DNA of 40,099 nucleotides from Candidatus Aenigmatarchaeota archaeon (GTDB taxonomy: Archaea; Aenigmatarchaeota; Aenigmatarchaeia; CG10238-14; SpSt-28): positions 1 to 40,099 of the forward strand of contig JAVZSS010000002.1 in NCBI GenBank assembly GCA_044343155.1, written 5' to 3'. Under the pieces are notes generated by a model. That model made no database searches and was not told where the DNA came from. It saw nothing but the letters and a program-made list of their open reading frames with translations. The position numbers and the translations under genes were made by a program. How positions within the stretch are numbered: position 1 is the first letter of the stretch; every line of letters starts with the position of its first letter. This document shows positions 33,526 through 40,099 of the stretch, one piece after another.

Positions 33526-34407
33526 TTATAGATAGCTTAAAGCCTTTTTTACAGCATTTATTGCTTCTTCCCAATTTGGTGGACTTTGAGTTAAGTTATT
33601 AATAGCCGTATCAATCTGACTATAATAATCATTATGAAAACCAGCGAAGCTCTTCGCTACATTTAACTCATTTACTGCGCCCTGAGCCTGACGATTTCTT
33701 ATCTCAGATAGTGCATTTTCTAAACGCCTTCTAGCTTCTGCTCTCCATCTTCTACCCATAGCTTCATATTTTTCTTTTTCTACAAATCCATATCCTCTAA
33801 AGAAAACAGACAAAATAAACGTTGCTGCAAAAACAACTACACTCCAAATGCCACTAAAAGAAAAAACAACCCAAACAATCTTTACAAACCAACCAACTGG
33901 AATAGTTAGAAATGTAATTATAAATGCTAATATCCTGTTTACTCCACTAGGAACCCCCTCAAATATTTTTATCGTTGTTAAAAAAGCCCAAACGATTGTG
34001 TATATTCCAGCAAATGGTAAAATAAATAAATAAATTATTGCTGGTAAGTACATCCATTCAGGAGGTAACCCAATCATTGTTAAAACTTGAACAACATAAG
34101 AAGGAAGTGGATGCAATTTCAAACTTTCAGGAACTTCTAAGTAAGAAGGATAAGGTACAAATTGAGGAATTACAAATAAAACAAGTAAAATAATTATAAA
34201 TAAAACCAAAAACCAAGGAACTTTTCCCCCACCTGGTTTAATAACACCACCAATCCAAAGTAGTATTAAGACAAAAGCCAAAATAAGTCCAAATACAAAT
34301 ATTGCTCCTAATATATCATTTGTATCTGTAACCCCTTGAGAAAAAACTGGATTAAATAAAATTAATAAAAGAAACGCCAAATAAATAAAAATTTCTTTTA
34401 GCTTCAT
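33526..34407 (-). CDS. Polytopic membrane protein (signal/TM1 plus about 6 TMs) with a helical cytoplasmic C-terminal domain; unknown family
   Basis: Hydrophobicity pattern read from the translation. The C-terminal roughly 75 aa are soluble and Arg-rich (GRRWRAEARRRLENALSEIRNRQAQG...). No motif recognised. Confidence 0.6.
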   Translation of the reverse strand: MKLKEIFIYLAFLLLILFNPVFSQGVTDTNDILGAIFVFGLILAFVLILLWIGGVIKPGGGKVPWFLVLFIIILLVLFVIPQFVPYPSYLEVPESLKLHPLPSYVVQVLTMIGLPPEWMYLPAIIYLFILPFAGIYTIVWAFLTTIKIFEGVPSGVNRILAFIITFLTIPVGWFVKIVWVVFSFSGIWSVVVFAATFILSVFFRGYGFVEKEKYEAMGRRWRAEARRRLENALSEIRNRQAQGAVNELNVAKSFAGFHNDYYSQIDTAINNLTQSPPNWEEAINAVKKALSYL

Positions 34408-34421
34408 TAAGTTTTTTACTT

Positions 34422-34676
34422 TTAATATTTAAATTTTTTCCAATAACCGAGAAAACTAGCAACTATAAAAATTAATAAGAAAATAATTGCAAACAAAGAA
34501 AAAAATACTTTAATTGTATCACTATAGAGATATAAAATTAGCAAAATTGTCAAACAACTAACTATACTTATTACTAAGTTTATATTCTTTGTAAAAAATC
34601 TAATTCTTTCCAAAATACCAAAAATAATTAGAAATGACAAAAAAGAAAACAAAATCAAAAATATATCTTCAATCAT
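34422..34676 (-). CDS. Small 3-TM membrane protein, unknown
   Basis: 84 aa, almost entirely hydrophobic. Packed 2 nt after the upstream ORF stop and 14 nt before the next start. Confidence 0.45.
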   Translation of the reverse strand: MIEDIFLILFSFLSFLIIFGILERIRFFTKNINLVISIVSCLTILLILYLYSDTIKVFFSLFAIIFLLIFIVASFLGYWKKFKY

Positions 34677-34678
34677 AG

Positions 34679-35179
34679 CTAACCAACTATCTCTTTAGCT
34701 TTTTTATACCATTCTTCCTTTTCTATATCTTTTCCTATTTTTTTACTTAATATTTCTAATTTTTCTAGTAAATCTTTTATAGCCCTCCTTTTTTCTTCAC
34801 TTTTTTCTTTTTCATATTCAGAAATAAGTTGCTTGATTTTTGCCACTAAAACATCATAATTTTCTCCTATTATTTCTAATTTTGACATAGAATGCTTAAA
34901 AATTCCATAAAAATATGTAAAAAAGAATATTAGAATAGCAAAAATTCCTGAAAAAATGGGAAAAAATTCTATTATTCCTAAAGAGTATAAAGAGTAAATG
35001 GATAAAGCAGAAATGGATAAAGAAGCTAATGAATAATAAAGAGAATTTGCTTTTTTTTCCCTACTATCAAAAATTCTTGATTTCTTTAGAAAAATAAAAA
35101 TAATCAAATAAAATAGAAGAAAGGAAAAAAGAAGAGTTATTAAAGAAGAAAAATTTCCAAAAAGTAGTTCTTCATCCAT
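34679..35179 (-). CDS. 3-TM membrane protein with a C-terminal coiled-coil domain, unknown
   Basis: 166 aa. TM segments are followed by KIKQLISEYEKEKSEEKRRAIKDLLEKLEILSKKIGKDIEKEEW. Confidence 0.5.
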   Translation of the reverse strand: MDEELLFGNFSSLITLLFSFLLFYLIIFIFLKKSRIFDSREKKANSLYYSLASLSISALSIYSLYSLGIIEFFPIFSGIFAILIFFFTYFYGIFKHSMSKLEIIGENYDVLVAKIKQLISEYEKEKSEEKRRAIKDLLEKLEILSKKIGKDIEKEEWYKKAKEIVG

Positions 35180-35227
35180 AGAAATTTTTACGTTTTAAGT
35201 TTTAAATGAGTTTTCTTAATTTTTCTT

Positions 35228-36565
35228 ATGCTACCCGAAGAAATAAGAAAAGATATTATTCTAAGGAAAAGTGAAACTAATAAAATATTAGTTTATATAG
35301 TAGTTTTCTTTTTATTAATCATAATTGTTTCAATAGTATCACTTTTTATTATATATCCAAGTTTATGGTATAGAACATGTAAAAATATTCCTTTACTTTC
35401 TTCACCTTTTATATGTAATCCTATAGAAGTAAAAATTATCACAGAAAAATCTCCACCAATACCAAAGAGTAGTGGTGTGTCCCCTTACTTATATGCACCA
35501 AAAAATATATATTGTGGTAAAAATTATAAATTTGGCTTTTCTTTCCTAAATAATTATGAAGAAGATATTTCTGTAACCTTTGTGCCGGTTATTTTAAGCA
35601 GTAAAGGCAACCTAGCATTATATACAGAAGAAATAAGCGGAATTTTATTGAAACCTAAAAAATCTTTCCAATCATCATTTTCTTTCGAAATAGACGAACT
35701 AAAAGAGTGGAAAGAATCTTGTGAATGGACTTCAGAGGAAATAGCAGAAGTAAAGAAATTTTATACTATTGAGGAAAATGGAGAAAAAATATATCAGTTT
35801 GATAAAATAGAGTGCTCAAAAGATAAAAAATGTCAAGAAGGATATTTTTGTGGAAAGGAAGAAAAGTATAGATGTATTTGTCTTAATTGGGAAAATATTA
35901 CATGTAATCCAAATAAGTTAACTTTAAGTTTGTTTTATACTCATTCTGGAGTTTTTCGTGCAATAGTACCTCTCTATTATACTTCTTCTGAAAGAGTTAC
36001 ACCACAAACAATAACACAAGAACCTATTAGCGTTCAAATAAAGTTAATTCCTAACCCATATGATCCACAAAGCTCTGTTCAAAAAATTGAGGTTTATCTA
36101 AAAATAAAGAGTTTAAGCGGTAATATAGAAATTAATGAAATTAAAGTAAGTCCCCTTCTAACAAAGGTAATAACAAAAAACAAAGAAAGTGGAATTGTAG
36201 TTGAAGAAACAATAGGATCTACTCTATTAGAATGTAAAAGTATAAAAGAAGCATTCGAAACGAATAAAATAGAGGGCGGAAAAGAAATTGGAGGAACTAT
36301 CTGCTATCTTTCTCCTCCTACAATACAAACAATAGTAAAAGAAGAAGAAAGAGAAGAAAAACTTAATATATCCTTTAATGAAATTTCTTCTTTTTGTAGC
36401 AGATATAAAATCGGAGCTATTTGTAACAAAGAAATGGTAAGTAAGGGAGATTTGAATAAAATAGAAGGGGCCATGAGAGTTATGAATGTTGTTGTTGAAA
36501 TTAAATATACGAGAGAATATTCGGCTTCTCAACCATTAACAATAGCTAAAAATGAAAAAGAGTGA
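35228..36565 (+). CDS. N-terminally membrane-anchored, cysteine-rich extracellular protein, unknown family
   Basis: 445 aa. A roughly 20-aa cytoplasmic N-terminus, then TM ILVYIVVFFLLIIIVSIVSLFIIY, then an ectodomain with about 16 Cys. It includes the dense block ECSKDKKCQEGYFCGKEEKYRCICLNWENITCNPNK. Confidence 0.65.
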   Translation: MLPEEIRKDIILRKSETNKILVYIVVFFLLIIIVSIVSLFIIYPSLWYRTCKNIPLLSSPFICNPIEVKIITEKSPPIPKSSGVSPYLYAPKNIYCGKNYKFGFSFLNNYEEDISVTFVPVILSSKGNLALYTEEISGILLKPKKSFQSSFSFEIDELKEWKESCEWTSEEIAEVKKFYTIEENGEKIYQFDKIECSKDKKCQEGYFCGKEEKYRCICLNWENITCNPNKLTLSLFYTHSGVFRAIVPLYYTSSERVTPQTITQEPISVQIKLIPNPYDPQSSVQKIEVYLKIKSLSGNIEINEIKVSPLLTKVITKNKESGIVVEETIGSTLLECKSIKEAFETNKIEGGKEIGGTICYLSPPTIQTIVKEEEREEKLNISFNEISSFCSRYKIGAICNKEMVSKGDLNKIEGAMRVMNVVVEIKYTREYSASQPLTIAKNEKE

Positions 36566-36568
36566 AGA

Positions 36569-36892
36569 TCATCCTTGTCCTAGTAAATAGATAGTCACAA
36601 ACCAGTCACAAAAATCTCTACATTGAGTACTTTCCCTATCTCCCGAATCTATACAAGCTAAAACATCACTATCTTTACCATATTCTTTAAAGTAGGGTGC
36701 ACAAGTTCTTGGAATACTTGATGGATCGTAACCTGGAGTATTACACATATTTCTTATTTTTGCTTCACAATTTGACTTAGTAGACATTAACTCGAGAGGA
36801 TTAACACCTCTAGTTAAAAAAATAACAAGCAAAATTGCGATAACTATAACAGCAAACACTAAAACCATTGTAAAGGAAACGTCTCCTTTCAT
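36569..36892 (-). CDS. Small Cys-rich type IV pilin-like protein (class III signal MKG|DVS)
   Basis: MKGDVSFTMVLVFAVIVIAILLVIFL followed by a 7-Cys domain containing C-x7-C (CEAKIRNMC) and CRDFC. Confidence 0.6.
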   Translation of the reverse strand: MKGDVSFTMVLVFAVIVIAILLVIFLTRGVNPLELMSTKSNCEAKIRNMCNTPGYDPSSIPRTCAPYFKEYGKDSDVLACIDSGDRESTQCRDFCDWFVTIYLLGQG

Positions 36893-36923
36893 TAGATTAT
36901 ATTTGTTTTTTTATTTATAAGTT

Positions 36924-37478
36924 TTATGAAACTAACTTTGTTAATACTTTGTTAATCTCTTCCACAACACTTTTTAGCTGAGTGTAATTTCCATTTTCTT
37001 CAATAAAAGAAATAGAAGTATTGGGATTTCCAAAAATTGTAAACGAATATGTAGAACCCTTATAAGAATAAGTTATTAATTGGGGGGAAGTAAAAGTTAT
37101 CTCAATAGTTATATTATCTTGAGAAGATATTTTTATATCTCCATTCGGAACCTTTATCCCGCTAACTTCTTCTAGCTTTTTTCTATATTCACTAAAAATT
37201 CGGGAAACATTTGAAGTAAAGCTTTGAAGATCCTGTATTTGTGAAAAATTTTTATAACCTAATTCTTTCATAGCTTGTCTATAAGAAAAGAATAAAGCGT
37301 AGCCTAAAGACCTTTCTACCACGTTTATTATATTTGAGATGGAATAAATTTCACCTTCCCTTGCAAGCTCTTGAAAAGTTAGATACTTATGGAATACAAT
37401 ATTTAACAAATATCCCATAAATAAAAGACCGCAAAAGATTATAACAACAAAAACTAAAATACCGCCGTATAATCTCAT
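36924..37478 (-). CDS. Pilin-like protein with an N-terminal hydrophobic helix, unknown
   Basis: MRLYGGILVFVVIIFCGLLFMGYLL. Five N-x-S/T sequons in the mature part. ATGA overlap with the upstream gene. Confidence 0.55.
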   Translation of the reverse strand: MRLYGGILVFVVIIFCGLLFMGYLLNIVFHKYLTFQELAREGEIYSISNIINVVERSLGYALFFSYRQAMKELGYKNFSQIQDLQSFTSNVSRIFSEYRKKLEEVSGIKVPNGDIKISSQDNITIEITFTSPQLITYSYKGSTYSFTIFGNPNTSISFIEENGNYTQLKSVVEEINKVLTKLVS

Positions 37479-37888
37479 GAAGTCACCAAAACAATTTTTT
37501 CTACCATTCCATATTCATATGGTCTAAAAATATATACATAACCCTCTCTTCCTTTAACGCTTTCATTACCAACTAAAGTAGTTGTTTCATTAGTTATTTT
37601 AAACTCTTTATCTCCCAAAAAGATTTTAGTTTTCTCTTCTATGAAAGTTTTAAATTTATCAAAATCTATACTTTCTCTTTCGCTTAGAATCATATATATG
37701 TTTTTGTAAAGATCATAATTATAAAACAATAACTCAGATAAAAGAAGTTGATTATTGTTGTATTTATACTCTGAAATTACAGTTATTGCTAAATGATATT
37801 TGAAAGAAAGAAGCGCTATCACAATTGCAGCTATTATAACTATATTTACTATAAGACCTATTATTAATATATCAATAATAAAACTCAT
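37475..37888 (-). CDS. Pilin-like / N-terminally anchored small protein, unknown
   Basis: MSFIIDILIIGLIVNIVIIAAIVIALLSF. ATGA overlaps on both sides. Confidence 0.5.
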   Translation of the reverse strand: MSFIIDILIIGLIVNIVIIAAIVIALLSFKYHLAITVISEYKYNNNQLLLSELLFYNYDLYKNIYMILSERESIDFDKFKTFIEEKTKIFLGDKEFKITNETTTLVGNESVKGREGYVYIFRPYEYGMVEKIVLVTS

Positions 37889-38601
37889 ATGACTTCACCT
37901 ATTAAAACAGACAACCTACCAACATGGGTTGTCCCGTTATTATAGTAAATAAGCACTGGAAATCCTTCTGAAGATATAAAAGATTTGGAAAACAAAAGCT
38001 GAGAATTTGATGGCATCGTATTCTCTATACACTTTTCCCAATCATATGGTTGGACTAAATTAAATACTGCAGATACAGGATTTCCTATATTCGTTATAAC
38101 TCTTATTACTGTTCCGAAATCTAATTTAATATTTTCTACTATGCATTCTATAAACTTAGAAAAAAATAGCCCATCAATGGAAATGGGAGAATAAATCCTA
38201 CCTAACCAACCGAAACATTTATTATCTTCACAAGTCTCTAGATCGATTATTCTTATTATTATAAGAGAGTTTGGATAGGTTACTCCAATATCTATTGGTG
38301 TAATTAGTATTTTGACTAGCCTATCTATATGAGTTATTTCCGTCGTATTTAGAAAAATTTTATCTAACTTCTCCGCATCTAATATTCCTCTCCAAATCAC
38401 ATTTCCTTTACCTAATACTATGTTTTCGTTAGAAATTAAATTGAGAGCATAATTTATTGTTTTTCTTTCAAGTGAAAACTCCTTAATAGTTACATGCATT
38501 TCTAAATAGCGTGACATAAAAAAATAATAAACAAAAACGATAATAACAATAATAAATATGGCAATAAACACATTTTGAGTAGTTAAGACAACCCCTTTCA
38601 C
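37885..38601 (-). CDS. Pilin-like protein (GTG start, leader (M)KG|VVL), unknown
   Basis: GTG at 38599-38601, one nt after the upstream TAG. KGVVLTTQNVFIAIFIIVIIVFVYYF helix and a 4-Cys mature domain. Confidence 0.55.
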   Translation of the reverse strand: MKGVVLTTQNVFIAIFIIVIIVFVYYFFMSRYLEMHVTIKEFSLERKTINYALNLISNENIVLGKGNVIWRGILDAEKLDKIFLNTTEITHIDRLVKILITPIDIGVTYPNSLIIIRIIDLETCEDNKCFGWLGRIYSPISIDGLFFSKFIECIVENIKLDFGTVIRVITNIGNPVSAVFNLVQPYDWEKCIENTMPSNSQLLFSKSFISSEGFPVLIYYNNGTTHVGRLSVLIGEVI

Positions 38602-38602
38602 A

Positions 38603-39010
38603 CTATTCGCCTTCTATTTCATAAACAATATTTCCGTCTATAATTTTTTTCCTAAAAATAAATTTCTTAACATTGTCTTTCTGATAATTAAGGTCTATGA
38701 TGATGGGCTGTTTTGAAGAAGTTTTTTCTGCATAGCTTGGCGCCGATTTAAGATCAATCTTAACTAAATAATTACGAACATCAATTGAATATAATAAATC
38801 CTTAGAGGGAACATAAACTACTTCACCACTATATGTAGAAGCTATTGCCGCAATAAAACCAGCAAATTGTCTTGCCACATTTTCAGGAGATGAAAGAGCA
38901 AGCAACTCAATTATAGAAGAAATTATAGGAATTAATGCAACAATTACAATTATAAATGTAATCAAAAAAACTCCAATAATACCAACAAACTCTGAAACAT
39001 CACCCTTCAT
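38603..39010 (-). CDS. Pilin-like protein (class III signal MKG|DVSEF), unknown
   Basis: ATG 39008-39010 gives MKGDVSEFVGIIGVFLITFIIVIVALIPI, with a leader identical to the 36892 gene. The track start at 39019 is a GTG three codons upstream. Confidence 0.6.
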   Translation of the reverse strand: MKGDVSEFVGIIGVFLITFIIVIVALIPIISSIIELLALSSPENVARQFAGFIAAIASTYSGEVVYVPSKDLLYSIDVRNYLVKIDLKSAPSYAEKTSSKQPIIIDLNYQKDNVKKFIFRKKIIDGNIVYEIEGE

Positions 39011-39015
39011 TTTTT

Positions 39016-39282
39016 TCACTTAAACAATTTTTCGCATTCCTCTTTAGTTGGTTCCACTATATTATAATTTTCACATCCTTTTTTAGGATTTATATCTTCC
39101 CATTTCACTTTTTCCCCACCAATGATAGAAAGACAATAACTAATTAGTTTATTTCTACACGCGGTTTCACTTACACTTTCTGAAAAACCTGAAAACCATT
39201 TCCAAAAAACTATTATACCCATAATAGTAAAAAACCCTATCAAAATGGTTACAAAAATTGCGTGTTGAGTAATACATCTCAT
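39016..39282 (-). CDS. Small Cys-rich N-terminally anchored protein, probable paralogue of the 36569..36892 product
   Basis: MRCITQHAIFVTILIGFFTIMGIIVFW, then C-x7-C (CRNKLISYC) and two further Cys. Abuts the upstream gene stop. Confidence 0.55.
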   Translation of the reverse strand: MRCITQHAIFVTILIGFFTIMGIIVFWKWFSGFSESVSETACRNKLISYCLSIIGGEKVKWEDINPKKGCENYNIVEPTKEECEKLFK

Positions 39283-39981
39283 TTAAGCACCTACCAGCTT
39301 TATCAAAAAGTATTGTGTGCTACCAATAACTTTGCGTAGTGTAATTATAGATCTTTGTCCATTAGAAACTTCTATAAAGGAATGCGATTGACCTAATGGA
39401 ATAGAAACAATAGGAGAGATGTAAAGCGTGCAATCTCCTTCAGGAAATTTAGCAGATACAACACTATCTTGCGCATTTAGAATTATTTTTGTTGAAAGTA
39501 TTAAAAGGGGGGCTGAGCCAGTTGCACTAACAAGGGCCTTTTCAAATAGTTCAGAATTAACTAACAAACAATCTAAGCCCCTTTTATTTCCAACGCTTAT
39601 TAATTTTGATAAAGTTTCACCCAATCTTTCATTTTTTTTAAGATTTATAGATACTGGAAAATTAGGACTACATACAGTTTTCATGTTCTTATCTTCATAA
39701 GTATCTTCAGGTATATTATTACAAAAATCTTTACATTTAACCAATTTTCCATCTTCTCTCCAAGAAATTTTCTCAACTTCTGCACTCATGCATCCATATG
39801 TGCATCTATAAAGAGAGCATAACACTGCAGATTCTATACTAGTTGGTTTTTTTTCAAACCCTAAAAAAGAAAATATTTCAGAAAGCAAATGTCTTGATGA
39901 AGTAAAGATAATATATAGAGCTATACCAACTATAATTACTCCAGCAATTAAAAAAACAGGAACTGTTGAAACTCCTCCCAT
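39283..39981 (-). CDS. Cys-rich pilin-like protein (leader MGG|VST), unknown
   Basis: MGGVSTVPVFLIAGVIIVGIALYIIF. The mature domain has 8 Cys, including CSLYRCTYGC and CKDFC. Confidence 0.6.
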   Translation of the reverse strand: MGGVSTVPVFLIAGVIIVGIALYIIFTSSRHLLSEIFSFLGFEKKPTSIESAVLCSLYRCTYGCMSAEVEKISWREDGKLVKCKDFCNNIPEDTYEDKNMKTVCSPNFPVSINLKKNERLGETLSKLISVGNKRGLDCLLVNSELFEKALVSATGSAPLLILSTKIILNAQDSVVSAKFPEGDCTLYISPIVSIPLGQSHSFIEVSNGQRSIITLRKVIGSTQYFLIKLVGA

Positions 39982-40099
39982 TTAATCTAATATTTTTCCG
40001 AATTTAAATAAAATCTAACAACCAAAAATAAATCCAACCCAACCCAATTTTTCACACATGCTTCTTTTCAAATTTTCAAGAGAGAGAACAAAAAACTGA

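Noticed and set aside
40015-40099. Partial minus-strand ORF at the window end (...LENLKRSMCEKLGWVGFIFGC*) and the TATA-like TTTATTTAAA between it and the 39981 start
   Set aside because: Only 27 codons are visible, too few to call a gene or family. TATA-like strings are ubiquitous at this AT content. It is mentioned only as a hint that the surface locus continues.

Overview
Very AT-rich, tightly packed archaeal chromosome segment. Hand counts on sampled 60-nt lines give about 25-30% GC. Evidence for an archaeon: archaeal-only ribosomal proteins (L7Ae, S28e, L24e, L14e, L19e, L32e, P0/P1), Spt5, Alba, SecE/SecY, type II GAPDH, and the ftsZ-secE-spt5-L11 linkage. Short proteins, many 1-8 nt gene overlaps and broken ribosomal operons suggest a reduced genome. 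It may be DPANN-like, but lineage cannot be fixed from sequence alone.

Contents:
- 19 ribosomal protein genes in four clusters (S13-S4-S11; L7Ae-S28e-L24e; S8-L6-[Nudix]-L32e-L19e-L18-S5-L30-L15-SecY-[DUF106-like]-L14e; L11-L1-P0-P1).
- Two tRNAs: Ala-UGC (minus strand) and Arg-UCG (plus strand).
- GluRS, an AsnRS-like catalytic core, endonuclease V, a standalone Cas4-like nuclease, a tyrosine recombinase, and a MacB-type ABC system with a 3x CARDB-like surface protein.
- An oxidative-stress cluster: superoxide reductase, peroxiredoxin, an Lrp/AsnC regulator and an EncFtn-like mini-ferritin.
- ThiI, FKBP, FtsZ, HD and DHH phosphoesterases, and Alba.
- No rRNA, CRISPR array or IS element was seen.

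Best novelty candidates:
1. A roughly 6.5 kb block of ORFans with membrane or surface features at 33.5-40.0 kb. It ends in a seven-gene overlapped operon of class-III-signal (type IV pilin-like) proteins. Several are cysteine-rich and share C-x7-C and C-[KR]-D-F-C motifs. No assembly ATPase, platform or peptidase is in view.
2. A tRNA-Arg-adjacent two-gene island at 16.7-19.3 kb with unusually long non-coding flanks and raised GC. It encodes a 384-aa ORFan and an RHH domain fused to an apparently catalytically degenerate sugar-nucleotidyltransferase fold.
3. A Nudix hydrolase translationally coupled inside the conserved ribosomal spc operon.
4. A perfect 2 x 16 bp direct repeat between the divergent peroxiredoxin and Lrp genes.

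All family calls come from motif recognition by eye. No database searches were run.
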